Shown here: piece by piece, positions 13,501 to 27,331 of the stretch | How positions within the stretch are numbered: the first letter of the stretch is position 1 | How the letters are laid out: the number at the start of each line of letters is the position of its first letter | Source of the DNA: Octopus sinensis | Lineage: Eukaryota | Assembly: GCF_006345805.1 (NCBI RefSeq) | Contig: NC_042997.1 | Coordinates: 9,176,001-9,240,000, forward strand | Reading direction: 5' to 3' | Length of the DNA: 64,000 nucleotides | Program-made: the position numbers and the translations under genes | The notes under the pieces: generated by a model | Databases searched by the model: none | The model's input: the letters and a program-made list of their open reading frames with translations, nothing else | What the model was told of the DNA's origin: nothing

Positions 13501-14062
13501 CACACTTATATATTATTGTTGTCCCCTAGAAAAATTATGTTTACACTATATCCCAATTATGCTTTGGCTGCATTTAATTATGTACTTGCTAGATATAATT
13601 ATATTTTTCTTTTATATGTCATTATATTTGTATAGCTTCTTTTCTTTTATGCATAAACAATGTGCTGAGTTATTGTTCTATAGGAATTTTTCTTTTGTTA
13701 TTTTCCTTCTTCTTTAGCAATCTCTTTTGTATTGGAATGGAATAAACCATTAAATCTGTGTTAGTTAAATTCAATGCTGAATTAATGTATATACAACATA
13801 ATGAAACAATGTAAATCTGCTGAAAAGGAAGATATTCATGAAAAGAATAGTCAATAAATGATTCAACTGTATCAGGTAAATATCGACAATTACTTTTTGT
13901 TTTCTTTTTTCTTTTCTTTTCCTGAGATACAAAACATGGCTTTATAGTTAAGAAGTTCACTTCACAACATGGTTTCAATTCAATGCCACCTTGGGAGAAT
14001 ATCTTCTACCGTAGCCACTGGTCTACTATCAAGCCTTGAAAGTGGCATTTGATGTGGAGGTG

Positions 14063-14270
14063 CATGGCTTAGTGTTTAGGGTGTTGGACTCAAAATCAAA
14101 AGATTGTGATTTCAATTCTTGGACCAGATGATGTATTGTGTTCTTAAGCAAAACATTTCATTTCACATTGTTCCCATTCATTCAGCTGGCCAGAATGAGT
14201 ATTCCTGTGATAGACAGGCATCCAATCCAGCTGAGATCATATACTCCAGTGAACCTGGAACCTGAGGAAG
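14063..14270 (+). mobile_element. Diverged tRNA-derived SINE (head similar to 43006-43389)
   Basis: GGAGGTGCATGGCTTAGTGTTTAGGG...GATTTCAATTCTTGGACC head. Confidence 0.55.
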
Positions 14271-15408
14271 AGCATTATTCCTTTATCTTTAGTGGTATTT
14301 GTTAGACAGTAACTGTGTACAAGACTGTTAGAATGATCTTTCTCATTTGGGGGCTGTAGACTTCATTTGTTCCCAGGTTTAACACCATCATCTAGCCACT
14401 GTATGCCTGTAGCATTGTCCTCTCAACTTCAAACATCCAGTCCAAGCCTCTGATCTGCTGCTAACTTTTTCCTTTCTTTGTTCCAGTCTTGGAGGCCTTA
14501 AAAAGGAACAAGATTAATACCATTCTTAAAGAGATTAAGTCTTTAAAGAAAGTACATTCAATCAATCTCACTATAAAAATTGTACTTAATTTATTACTCT
14601 AGTTGCATTGTAGACACCAGTAGCACTTGAATTCAAAATGTAGAAGAATCAATCAAGCACTTAATTATTTCTACTCTCCTGAAACATATATTTCTTATGA
14701 CCAGAATTTCAGTCAATTTCTGAAAGGAACATATGTATTTGAGCTAATTAATTATATCATATTACTAGCATTTATCTAATAGACCAGTAAGCCCAGGCTA
14801 TAATTTACAGTGTAATTCTGAAAAGAAAGACAGAATCTTTTACATTTGAAATATTTGAGAAAATGTAAAATATTCAGGAATATCATCATTGTTTTAACAT
14901 CTGCTTTTCCTGCTTCCTTGGATCAACCAAATGCTCTTCCTGTTGCCAAACCTCACCTGTTTCGCCTAGATTATCAAACAATGATAAGCTTAAAAATGCA
15001 CTAGTAGAGGACTGTAAACAAATTACACTATTTGTATGAAGATGGCTGTTTATAATCAGCACACCTCTCAAGTCGAAGGAAATACACTCTCTTTTATGCT
15101 TATACATGCACACAGATATGCATGCATATGCACATGCACACACACACACACACACATGCACACACACACACACACACATACACACATACACACATACACA
15201 CACACACACACAATACAATGGGCCTCTTCTAGTTTCTGTCTACCAAATTTCACTCACAAGGTATTGGACAACCCATGGCTATAGCAGAAGATATTAACCA
15301 GCAGTGACCACACTGTAGTAATGAACCTAAAACCACAAGGCTCTGAAGTAAACTTTTATATGACAGTCATGCCTGTGCCTATGATTCTGGAAAATTCTGT
15401 TTTCTTAA

Positions 15409-15916
15409 CCCCTTGATGCCGGTATTACCCGAAGCATGCAAGACACTGCTCTGTGTTTTTTTTATCTAATGAGACCACACAAACACACAAGTGCCAACAA
15501 GCTCACGTCTATTTACATTCACCATTACAATAACATAGTGTTGTACATTTACGCCTACCAGTTTATGAAGCTATTTATCATAATATGATATGCATGAGTT
15601 ATTCTGCTCAGATTAAAAAAATAACTTGCATGTGGTACAACTCAAAACACAGTATTATGCATGTAAAGTATCTGCATGTCATTGGTCTACTGCTAGTCTC
15701 ATGACTTGAACGTAACCTAAAATAGCTAAGATAATGCACAGGATGGCGAACGCATGCACCTAACGGGATAAAGTACACGATATCGAACGTAAACATACGT
15801 CAGCCGCTAAAAAGTCTGTGATAGATGTAGGGCAGCTTTACATTGTATATTTACATTAACCGCGAGTAGGCAAGCAAAAGTGTGATTGCATATTTGCGTC
15901 AACCGTTGTTAAGGGG
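15409..15916. mobile_element. piggyBac-type MITE, about 508 bp (copy 1)
   Basis: TTAA|CCCCTTGATGCCGGT ... ACCGTTGTTAAGGGG|TAAA: imperfect TIRs starting CCCCTT with TTAA-like flanks. Confidence 0.6.
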
Positions 15917-15977
15917 TAAAAAAAAATATTGGGAAAGCCTCATGGAAAATTATCATTATTATTGCTTTGCCAAAATA

Positions 15978-16148
15978 AGGCAGCAGGTGGGAGAATTGTT
16001 AGCACACCATACAAAATACTTAGTGGCATTTCATCCATCTTTACAGTCTGAGTTCAAATTCTACCGCGGTTGACTTGCCTTTCTACCTTTTGGGGTCAAT
16101 AAAATAAGTACCAGTTGAGCACTGGGTTCGATGTAATCAACTTATACC
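15978..16148 (+). mobile_element. SINE family C (second copy at 17032-17203)
   Basis: TTCTGAGTTCAAATT...AAGTACCAGTTGAGCACTGGGTTCGATGTAATCAAC. Confidence 0.7.
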
Positions 16149-16462
16149 CTCTCCTTATACACACACACACATGCACATGCACACACACACACACCACACA
16201 CACACACACATGCACACACACACACACACACATACACACATACACACATACACACACACACACACAATACAATGGGCCTCTTCTAGTTTCTGTCTACCAA
16301 ATTTCACTCACAAGGTATTGGACAACCCATGGCTATAGCAGAAGATATTAACCAGCAGTGACCACACTGTAGTAATGAACCTAAAACCACAAGGCTCTGA
16401 AGTAAACTTTTATATGACAGTCATGCCTGTGCCTATGATTCTGGAAAATTCTGTTTTCTTAA

Positions 16463-16970
16463 CCCCTTGATGCCGGTATTACCCGAAGCATGCAAGACAC
16501 TGCTCTGTGTTTTTTTTATCTAATGAGACCACACAAACACACAAGTGCCAACAAGCTCACGTCTATTTACATTCACCATTACAATAACATAGTGTTGTAC
16601 ATTTACGCCTACCAGTTTATGAAGCTATTTATCATAATATGATATGCATGAGTTATTCTGCTCAGATTAAAAAAATAACTTGCATGTGGTACAACTCAAA
16701 ACACAGTATTATGCATGTAAAGTATCTGCATGTCATTGGTCTACTGCTAGTCTCATGACTTGAACGTAACCTAAAATAGCTAAGATAATGCACAGGATGG
16801 CGAACGCATGCACCTAACGGGATAAAGTACACGATATCGAACGTAAACATACGTCAGCCGCTAAAAAGTCTGTGATAGATGTAGGGCAGCTTTACATTGT
16901 ATATTTACATTAACCGCGAGTAGGCAAGCAAAAGTGTGATTGCATATTTGCGTCAACCGTTGTTAAGGGG
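16463..16970. mobile_element. piggyBac-type MITE (duplicated copy 2)
   Basis: Copy of 15409-15916 within the tandem duplication. Confidence 0.6.
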
Positions 16971-18113
16971 TAAAAAAAAATATTGGGAAAGCCTCATGGA
17001 AAATTATCATTATTATTGCTTTGCCAAAATAAGGCAGCAGGTGGGAGAATTGTTAGCACACCATACAAAATACTTAGTGGCATTTCATCCATCTTTACAG
17101 TCTGAGTTCAAATTCTACCGCGGTTGACTTTGCCTTTCTACCTTTTGGGGTCAATAAAATAAGTACCAGTTGAGCACTGGGTTCGATGTAATCAACTTAT
17201 ACCCTCTCCTTATACACACACACACATGCACATGCACACACACACACACACACACACACACTACTCGAATTTAGTCAAGTGGGTACTAGAAAACTTTAAG
17301 TAGTAATACATGGATTTTTATTCCATTAAAATTTCACCCTTAGTGGTAATAACAAGAACAGCAAAGATGATTAGAGGGTCAATCCCCAAATTTTAATTAA
17401 TCGAAATTGATATAGAGACTGGTGGATACTGATTGGCTGGTAACAAATTAACGACATTCATTAGTATTTCTTGCGGTTTTACAATAAAAATAAAATCCTG
17501 TTTGTCATGTAATGCAACGAGAAACAAGAACACAAGCATTCATGTTTTGGTTCAGCTTTATTACAATATAAATATTGCGATAGTATTTATACAACATTAA
17601 AGCAGAGCAAAGCATTGAAATTATGCGATATGTGGTGCCTGCCCAGTAGGTGAGGTCTTCTGACAATCTGCTTCAGAATACACTGGTTTTAGTTAATTCA
17701 AGGAAATGGTAAATCTGAATCACCAAAGCATGAACTATTTGAACATTTTCATAGAATCTAGAAGGACAATCTGCTCAAGTGATTCATATAATGTCAGAGG
17801 CAGTGCAAACTGTAGTGGTTTTACTTCTGATCACATAATACATTCAATGGACAAATATGAAATAGTCTGTGCACACAGAAAATTAGATCATAAAATTGGT
17901 CAAAAATTACAAACCAAGCAGCTACACTTTTAACATTAATGGGTATGAGTAAAGCTCCAGAACATGGAAAACTGGAATTTAAGAAACAAGAATATGCAAG
18001 ATTCTTTAGTAAAGTGAAGTTGTGGTTAAGTATAACAAATTGACTCAACTGTATAAATATTTAAGAAAAACTCTCACTCTGATGGGAAAATCACATACAG
18101 AGTGTGTCAGATA

Positions 18114-18326
18114 TGAGGGGGTGCTGAAAAGATCCTAGCTTTAAGGGCATCATGAAGGACCTGGTTGGAGGCTCAACTTTCCAAATGCTTTTATAGGACT
18201 TAGAAAAACTAAAGGATCACTGCAATAAGTGTGAGAGAGGAGGGAATATGTTGAATAAAATTATAATTAACTGATCCTCCTGTATTTTCTTTTACCCAAA
18301 GCCAAGAACTTTTCACCACTCCCTTG
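18114..18326. mobile_element. mariner-type MITE, about 210 bp
   Basis: TA|TGAGGGGTGCTGAAAAG ... CTTTTCACCACTCCCTTG|TA: TIRs and TA TSD. Relatives at 31310-31511 and 36755-36974. Confidence 0.75.
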
Positions 18327-19444
18327 TACATTCCTGCTGACAAAAGAATCATTTCAGACTTTTTACAATTTCCAAGAAATAGTATGGTGTAGTAGTTATA
18401 CAAGTGCTTTTAAAGAAAACATACTGAATTGGCACATGCAGGGCATTTTGAAAAATTGAGATCAATTTTTAAAAATATATAAAAACAATTAGGGCATGCA
18501 TTTAACAATTTTGAATACAAGGTAATTTATGCTTCCAGAGGTAATAAATCCTCAGGTTCACTCAATCTAATGCTTTTAAGTAAAGAAATATAACAAGCCA
18601 CACATCTGGAAACAGCAGCCAGATTTCCTTCATACCACATCATATTGTTCTGAAAACATGAAGGACCTATTGGATAATATGTTTCTCAATACACTGTGCC
18701 CCGAATAAAAAAAATATCAGTAGATTTAGATAACTTGGTCATATCTGAAATGCCTTTGATCATAGCTCTATTTAGTCAGAATAAAAAATGTGGCCAGAGA
18801 CTTGGCAAAAGCATTAATAACTAGCCAAAGGGTTTTATAACATTACTACAGCCTTTATTCGAGGCTGGGATCAAAAAGTCATGACCACAGCAGTTGTCAA
18901 AAGCAAAGTAAACTCAGATTGATTTCAGCCAGCATTATCTCAAACTATGGATTGTCTAATAGTTCTGGTTAATCAGAATGTTCACAGTTAAAAGCCACTC
19001 AAATTATCTACAGGATTATACCAGTTGTAAACAAGCATAATGAAGACCCTTTTATTAATTGAAGCATTTTACATCGAACATCAACTTTTCTTTTTTTATT
19101 CTGTCAACGCTATTAATATTCTTGGGGAGGGAAGTATAAAAACCTTACAGCATTTTGTACAGAGTCAAAAGAAATTATTCTCACTGATAGCCATGCTGGC
19201 AACTTAGAAATGCAGAAAAAATTTAACATTAATTTTCTCTCGACCAATTTTGAAAATTAACTCAAGATGAGTTAATTTACTGACAAATGGCATTATGATT
19301 AATTATCTAATGTAGTGGGGAAGAATATTAGTTGTTTCTTAAAGTGAATATACATATTTGAATTATTAGTTCTATGGACTCTTTATAAAATTTTATATTT
19401 TATCTTTAACATAGTAATTGTTGCTTTTTAGCCACTGTTACTCT

Positions 19445-19499
19445 GCCGAAATTGGACAAACCTACGATATCATTGATCGTAGGTTTGTCCAATTTGGGC
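19445..19499. other. Perfect 20-bp inverted repeat with 7-nt loop
   Basis: AAATTGGACAAACCTACGAT (19449-19468) and its exact reverse complement (19476-19495), extended by GCC/GGC after one mismatch. Confidence 0.9.
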
Positions 19500-19819
19500 T
19501 ATGATTATCCTGCATTTTTGTGCATCTAGAACAATATTGCACCATGTGGTCTACCTTTTCAATTTTAAAATGTTAGACTGTGATTTGGAGAAGATTCAGT
19601 TGCTCTTTCTTTCTATCAATTTGGATTGGTGAAGCAACCATGCAGAGGATCCTTTGGGTTTGTAGCATCGATGCATACACACCTATATGTATACATGGTG
19701 GAAGTCAATTTATGACTGAGTAAGATCACTTCCTAAACTCAGCAAATAGATGCAAACATCCTATGAGTCCAAGAATTTCATGTGTGTGAATTTGCTTTGA
19801 GTGGATAAAATTCTTTTCT

Positions 19820-20030
19820 CCTCTAGGCACCAGGCCTGAAAGTTTGGGGTAAGGGGCCAGTCAATTAGATTGTCCCCAGTACGAAACTGGTACTTAAGTT
19901 ATTGACCCCGAAAGTATGAAAGGCAAAGTTGGCCTCAGGGGAATTTGAACTCAGAACATAAAGACAGACGAAATATTGCTAAGCATTTCACCCAGCATGC
20001 TAATGTTTCGGCCAGATCACTGCCTTTGAG
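19820..20030 (-). mobile_element. SINE family C
   Basis: GACCCCGAAAGTATGAAAGGCAAAGTTGGCCTC...GAATTTGAACTCAGAAC. Confidence 0.7.
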
Positions 20031-20329
20031 TGGATAAAATATTGCATAGCACATAACCTACTTTGCAGCACTTCAGGATTTATACAATTGTACCTTCTCC
20101 TATTGAGAAGTAGGGATCTTTCAGGAATTCCAGAGCAGACATGAGAATCATAGTGGCTAAGAGGTAGTTCCACATTCTTTGAAACCTTGGAACTCCTGCA
20201 CCAAGGTTCCACTACCAGATGCAGTTTAACGTCATATATACATACAAACATGCATACATATATACATATATGCATATTTGTATATGTGCATACATAGATA
20301 CAAATATGCATACATATATGCACACATAC

Positions 20330-20565
20330 TCTTTTACTCTTTTACATGTTTCAGTCATTTGACTGCAGCCATGCCGGAGCACCACCTTTAGTCAAGCAAA
20401 TCGACCCCAGGACTTATTCTTTGTAACCCTGGTACTTATTCTATCAGTCTCTTTTGCCAAACCGCTAAGTTATGGGGATGCAAACACACTACCATTGGTT
20501 GTCAAGTGATGTTGCGGGGATGAACACAGACACAAACATATACACACACATACATACATATATAT

Positions 20566-20598
<33 letters not shown>

Positions 20599-20615
20599 GT
20601 ATGTATATATATATA

Positions 20616-20660
<45 letters not shown>

Positions 20661-20824
20661 TGATGGGCTTCTTTCAGTTTCCATCTACCAAATCCACTCA
20701 CAAGGCTTTGGTTGCCCTGAGGCTATAGTAGAAGACACTTGCTCAAGGTGACACACAGTGGGAATGAACCTGGAAACATGTGGTTGGTAAGCAAGCTACT
20801 CACCACACAGCCGCTCCTGCGCCT
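20330..20824 (-). mobile_element. SINE family A with expanded internal (TA)n
   Basis: Both halves present; head ends CACACAGCCGCTCCTGCGCC. Confidence 0.85.
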
Positions 20825-21208
20825 ATTATTTTATAAACGCTACACTGAATATTATGAGCATCTCAATTTTGCGCTTTCAATTGCCTTAAATTCTTTGCAA
20901 TACTATGTATAACAGACACTGATGCACAACCTCATCAAGAATAGAAGTTCTAATATAATACAATGTATTAGTTTTTAATGTTTCATTTTCTATCAAATAT
21001 ATTGATATATGATAAGAAGAAATAATCTAGTGGTGAAAGTGCGTGGGACAAAATTTGTACTGCCACATGCCATAATTTACATGTCCCACTAATTTTAGAC
21101 TTTAGAGGTTTACAGTAGTTAAAATTACACCAGTAGTGAGGAGCCGAAATTAACTCTGGTTAAGAAAGGCAAGGCAACAACTCCCAAAATTTGAATTAAT
21201 ATGGCAGA

Positions 21209-21665
21209 TCATCATCATCACATCTTCATCATCGTCGTCGTTTAATGTCCGCTTTCCATGCTAGCATAGGTTAGACGATTTGACTGAGGACTGGTGAACC
21301 AGATGGCTGCTCCAGGCTCCGATCTAATCTGGCAGAGTTTCTCCAGCTGGATGCCCTTCCTAACACCAACCACTCCGAGAGTGTAGTGGATGCTTTTTAC
21401 GTGCCACCGGCACGAGGGCCAGTCAGGCAGCACTGGCAATGGTCATGCTCAAATGGTGTTTCTTTTATGTTCCACCTGCACAGGAGCCAGTCCAGTGGCA
21501 CTGGCAACAACCTCACTTGAATGTTTTTTCATGTGCCACCAGCACAAGTGCCAGTAAGGTGATGCTGGTAAAGATCACACTCAAATAGTGCTTTTTACGT
21601 GCCACCAGCACGGAAGCCAGTTAGCTGCTCTGGCAACGCTCATGCTCGGATGGTGGCAATGATCA
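21209..21665 (-). mobile_element. SINE-like family B
   Basis: (CAT)n, core and internal subrepeats. Confidence 0.8.
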
Positions 21666-21668
21666 TGC

Positions 21669-22697
21669 TAGATAGAAAGAGAAGAGAGAGAGAGAAGAAG
21701 AAAGGAAGAAAGAAAGAAAGAAAGAAAGTAAGAAAGAATAAGAGAAGGTGTGAAGCAGAGGGAGAGAGTATTGAGTTGGAGAATGGTTAATAAATCTGAA
21801 GTACTGTACTAAACAGTTTCTCAAACGCCTAATGTAAATTAATTAGAATTATTAAAATACAAAATATAATGGGGAGTGAGTCTAATCTTTGACAGCACCA
21901 CAATAACTTTAGATATGCTTTGGCCTTGAGCTAAGATAGCTTGGGAGTTTTAACAAATCCTTCACTGAGTATAGTGACAACTTAAATCTGCTACTGCTAT
22001 TGGCCTAGTATATTTCTGCGAAAGAAAATATGTTACAAAAATCTAGCCAATCACAGTCAGGAAAATGATCTGCCAAATTTGGTTAACTCTTTGACTGCTT
22101 CTCACTATGTGAATACTTGCAAAATTTAAATGGTAGAATTCAAAGATTAAAAGCTACATTTAGATTTATTTTAAATGAAATGTTACCAAGAAAAAATAAA
22201 CCTTAACAACTAATACTTAGATCAAGTGTAAGCAATAAAGTTGATGAAAAAATATCACTGTAGTTACAAAAATTCTTGGAGATTACTAGTGGTCTGAGCT
22301 AAAAGAAAGTCAATTCTATAAAAAAGTTAAATGTGAGGTTTGCTCATATTCCATAACATGAAGAAATATTCGAAGTTTTAAGAAGCTCTATTATTTTTCT
22401 TATCAAAGGTTATCCTCACAAATCTTAGATATTTTTATTATCCTTGCAAACAGTAACACCATTTTTTGTCAATTTTTGGAATGTTTTTCTGTATGCTGGT
22501 GGTCTTTTAGTACAATAAAGAGATTCTGACATGATTGTATGGCAGATATAGTTAGAAAGAGAAAAAGAGGAGAGAGAGAGAGAAAGAAAGAAAGAAAGAA
22601 CAAGAGAAGGAGTGAAGCAGAAGGAGAGAGAGTATTGTGTTGGAGAATGGTTAATAAATCTGAAGTACTGTACTAAACAGTTTCTCAAACACCTAAT
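21669..22697 (+). repeat. Pair of direct repeats (21669-21833 and 22551-22697)
   Basis: GAGAATGGTTAATAAATCTGAAGTACTGTACTAAACAGTTTCTCAAAC is identical in both, preceded by similar purine-rich tracts. Confidence 0.85.
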
Positions 22698-23790
22698 CTC
22701 CTTTTGCACTGCTGTCTTATCATTTTCCCCACCACCGAACGTGAATACTTTAATTACCCGTCTCTGAGAAGGGTGAAGAAAAGCAAGACAATAATGTGAA
22801 ATTAGCTAGTTTGCCTATTTTGAACCAATAGAGGCATAGAGTAGAAAGTAATGTATAAGAATTAAGCTTTAATATAACAGTATTTTTCATTTCTTATGCA
22901 CCTGATATTTACTGTAGCATTATTTAATCTGCAAGAAGTAGTACTATAAGCATAATGGAAAATGACAGCAATATACTGGCCATAAAACATATAGTTTATT
23001 ATTGTCTAGCGATCACCATTAGCTAACGTCCACTGCGTCAGAGACAACAAAGTATATATCCGATAAGCAGAACTTTATACAATTAAATTGTTTTATGACT
23101 TTGCTTAAATAATCTAATTTGGTGAACTGCTTTCTTCAAGGAGTTGAACAATACTTAAGGAAATTGCACTCCTAGAGATATTTGCAATTTCCATAATATT
23201 ACACTTGAAATCTCTATGGTTTTATATTTAGTTTATAATATAAGTGTCTATAATCAAAACATTTCTCATCCAAAATGTTGTCTGCTGTGAATATATAAAA
23301 GTTTTAATCACATCTTCCTCCAACTCCCACCCATCTTTAACAGCTGCTTTGATACATTCTAACTCAGTATCCAGTGTGCTATAAAAAAAAAAGGCACAAA
23401 AACACAAAAATTAACCGAACAGTTTTTAGGTTGAAGATAAAATTGTCTGAGTTCTACTAAATAAGGGTCCTTTGAGACATTCAACGAAGTAAACTAGCTG
23501 ACAGAAACAATATGGATCAATAAGTATGGTATTAACATTTCTATCAACTCATAGGTCTACATTTCAAACCCAATGTGTTTCATTATATATTTTGGCAACA
23601 TACATTTCATTATCATCGTCATCATCATCATCATGACCACCACCATCAACATCATCATCTTCATCATTGTCGCCATTATATTTACTCCTTTTTTTTTCTG
23701 TTCTTGTATTAGTTAAATGAGTCTCAAAGAATAATAACTTTCTTTGCTGTTTTTTGTCATCTGGTAATATAGACTTATATTATCATCATA

Positions 23791-24218
23791 GGCGCAGGAG
23801 TGGCTGTGTAGTAAGTAGCTTGCTAATCAATCACATGGTTCCGGGTTCAGTCCCACTGCGTGGTATCTTGGGCAAGTGTCTTCTGCTATAGCCTCAGGCC
23901 GACCAATGCCTTGTGAGTGGATTTGGTAGACGGAAACTGAAAGAAGCCCGTCGTATATATGTATATATATAGCGGTGGTGCCCCAGCATGGCCGCGGCCT
24001 TCGGGCTAAAACATTTTTAAGGATTTAAGGATTTAATATATGTGTGTGTATGTGTTTGTGTCTGTGTTTGTCCCCCTAGAATTGCTTGACAACCGATGCT
24101 GGTGTGTTTACGTCCCCGTCACTTAGCGGTTCGGCAAAAGAGACCGATAGAATAAGTACTGGCGGTGCTCCAGCATGGCCGCAGTCAAATGACTGAAACA
24201 AGTAAAAGAGTAAAAGAG
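23791..24218 (+). mobile_element. SINE family A
   Basis: GGCGCAGGAGTGGCTGTGTAGTAAGTAGC head through GTAAAAGAGTAAAAGAG tail. Confidence 0.85.
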
Positions 24219-24220
24219 AG

Positions 24221-24990
24221 TATCATTTAATGTCCATTGTCCATGGTGGCATGGGGTTGGGTGGGTTGACCAGACTTAGCAAACTAGGAGCTGCAGCACA
24301 CTCCAGTGTCTATGGCTGGATGCCCTTTTTAATGCCAACCACTATGGAGAGTGTGCTGGGTACTTTTATGTAGCACCACAACAAGTGCTTTGCTCCACCA
24401 GAAGGACCGGTCATAATACTTCTGCTGCAGAGTTCAGGTCTTCTTAAGTACAGAAAGGCACCAGACATCTCGGTCCTTTATCATCTCGCCTGAAAGGTTT
24501 GGCATCCTGAGGTCGTTCTTCAGTACTTCATCCTGGGTCTCCCACTTCCACGTGTTCCATCTACTTTGAGAGACCAGCATTTCTTTATGGAGCTGTCAGC
24601 TTCATTCTACATCACATGACCGAACCAACACAGTCTTCCCTCTTTCACGCACCAGCTAATTCCTCTTACGGCTAACTTCTTTCTCAAAACACTAGCACTC
24701 TGTTGAACATGTACACTTACATTACACATTCAGTGGAGCATACAAACCTCATTTCTTTCTAACCTTCATATGTCCTCTGCATTCAGGGCCCCTGTCTCAC
24801 TACCAAATAAAAATGCAGTCCGTATACATACATCATACAATCTCCCTTTCACTTGGAGAAAGAAACCTTTCATGGCCAACAGAAGTAAGAGCTCTCTGAA
24901 TTTCCTCCATCCTATTCTTGCTATCACACTCTCCGTGCATCCTCCCCACTACTAATTTGGTCCCCTAGGTAGCAGAAATTATCTACTACC
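24221..24990 (-). mobile_element. Decayed RTE-clade LINE 3' fragment with family B-like tail
   Basis: Minus-strand remnant IARIGWRKFRELL..KGRLYDVCIRTAFLFGSET..RLERNE..GRLCWFGHVM with stops, typical of RTE RT C-terminal region. Confidence 0.75.
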
Positions 24991-26260
24991 TCTAATGAGC
25001 CACAGGGCATTTGAGAGAATCAATTTCCTGAGTCTCTAAAATTTCATGGATCCTGTGCATCTTCCACATATGAAAACTATCTTCTCTGATAACCTTCCTA
25101 TTAATCTACTGCACCTCTGGTGTGTTCATAGCTTATATATCATCTTTATTACAGTTGAATCACCAACCTATTACTGCACACACTGAGTACATTTTATTGT
25201 GCTACAAGAATTTGAGAGGTTGTTCATGCAAGTACAAAAGAATTCCCTCTCCCCTGTACTAATTCTTAAAATACAACACTACTGAACATTAATATACTAT
25301 TACCTTAAAACCATCGTCCCTTCACTCAGTGTAGAAAAATATTGAAATATACATACACAGAAATATAAATATAGAAAAATGGGAACAAGATTATTAACTA
25401 CATTAGCTGTCAAATAACAGCACAAATATTGCATAGAAAAACAGCAACAGTCATGACTTAATTAAATCTATGTACTTAACTTACCTATAACCTTCTACTA
25501 AATTGAAACATCACATTCCGTAGAATAAAGAATTGCAAGCGTGTGTGTATGTTGAGTATGTATGTGTGTGTGTTAGTAATATATCAAAAGAATGAGTACT
25601 CAACATCAAAAGAGTAACTAAACAATTCTTTTTAATAGAATTTCTTAATTTTCTGGAACCCATGATTACATGCTGTTGAAAACCAACAATTATTCAACCA
25701 GAAATCAAATTACTCACTCACATGCATATATGTATATATCTAAATTACTAGTGCATTAACAGTATTTTGTCTCAATCATATACTGTTTTACTGAACAGAC
25801 CTATGGATTTTAACTAACATTGCACATATAGAGTAACGTGAACATATTTTTCTTCTATATGCATATGTCTTTGTGGACAGAAAATGAGGGACCTGCCAGT
25901 TTGATTTCAATCTTGTGTTGATGATATTTCATCAGCAACTGCATACCCCGTTTAACTGTACACAGATGCACTGCTTATAAACCCACTGCTACTCAGGTTT
26001 TATGCCAGGTCAGAAAGACAGCTTATTTAATAGATAAATTAATGATACATTAACAGAGTTTTAATTTAATGCTATACTGCATTACACAACAGCTCTACAG
26101 CTTTTAGCCAACACTACATTTATGGGCAGATGTAAATATCTCATGAGTTGATGTAATTTCAAAGAAAGCTGCTGGTCTTATAATATCCAATGATTGGTTG
26201 AGCTGTTTTTAACTTAATCATGAACTTATTAGTAATATTAATATTTTAGCTCATATCTTG

Positions 26261-26304
<44 letters not shown>

Positions 26305-26511
26305 GTGTGTGTGTGTGCGTGCGTGCGTGCGTGTGTGTGTGTGTGTGTGCGTGTGTGTGTGTGTGTGTGCAGTCATTTGCTCATTTAATGTCCATTTTTC
26401 TATACTAGCATAGATTAGACAGGGATTTATTTGAAGGTTCTTCTTGTTACAAACCCATATGTGTTTTCCAGTTAAAGGATTTCATTATTTCACAGATCTT
26501 TGCATATATGT

Positions 26512-26546
<35 letters not shown>

Positions 26547-26710
26547 TATCATCATCATCATCATCATCATCATCGTCATCATCATCATCATCGTCATCAT
26601 CATTTAATGTCAACAAGGAATGTAAACTGCATATCAGAATTTTGCTAAGATGGTGTCAAGCAGAACTGCAGAATGACAATATTCATATACATTTCATACA
26701 TATACACACA

Positions 26711-27180
26711 TTCCATGATTTATACAGAAAAAGACTATTGAAGTGCTACATCTGGTCGATGTTAACGTATGGATGTGAGTCTTGGACGATAAGCAAAGTC
26801 ATGGAGAAGAGACTCAAAGATGCCGAAATGTGGTTTTATAGAAAAATGTTTAGAATCTCGTGGGTGTAGAGGGTGATGAATGTGGAAGTGTTGAAGAAGA
26901 TGAAAGTGAAGAGACAGTTGATGGATACTATCAGAGAGAGAGAGAGAGACAGTGGAGATTTGTTGGTCATTTTCTTAGAGAGGATGACAGAATGGAGCGT
27001 TACATGGTGGAGACTGAGCTGGTGGGAAGGAGAGTGAGAGGAAGACAGAGAATGATGTTCGATTGGATGAAGAAGAGAATGAATGTGCAGAGCGAGAAAG
27101 ACCTGGGTGATGTTGCGAGAGACAGAAATAAATGGAGGAGGAACAAGACATGATTCATCAAAGGTATGAATAGACCATGA
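26711..27180 (+). mobile_element. RTE-clade LINE 3' fragment
   Basis: RKRLLKCYIWSMLTYGCESWTISKVMEKRLKDAEMWFYRKMFRISWV*...RQWRFVGHFLR..GRRVRGRQR..VARDRNKWR (YGCESW, F.GH..R and RGR motifs). Confidence 0.85.
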
Positions 27181-27331
27181 TACAAGAGAGAGAGAAAGAG
27201 AGACATACATACAAACATATGTATACATCTAGCTTTATATATATTTATGTGCATGTGCGATGTGTGTGTGTGTGTGCATATATGTGTTGGGGTATGTGTG
27301 TTGTAAGTATGATGTATTTATGCATGTATGT

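Larger units (their letters stand above)
15128..17260. repeat. Near-identical tandem duplication, unit 1054-1055 bp
   Basis: Anchors AATACAATGGGCC at 15212/16266 (offset 1054) and CTCCTTATAC at 16151/17206 (offset 1055); junctions in (CA)n with the motif ATGCACATGCACACAC. Confidence 0.95.

Noticed and set aside
17706-18048. Overlapping 75-aa ORFs on opposite strands
   Set aside because: No motifs; probably an old transposon remnant or chance.
25890-25945. Minus-strand CTGATGA...GAAA hammerhead candidate
   Set aside because: Only a 3-bp stem II and no helix III or NUH arrangement.
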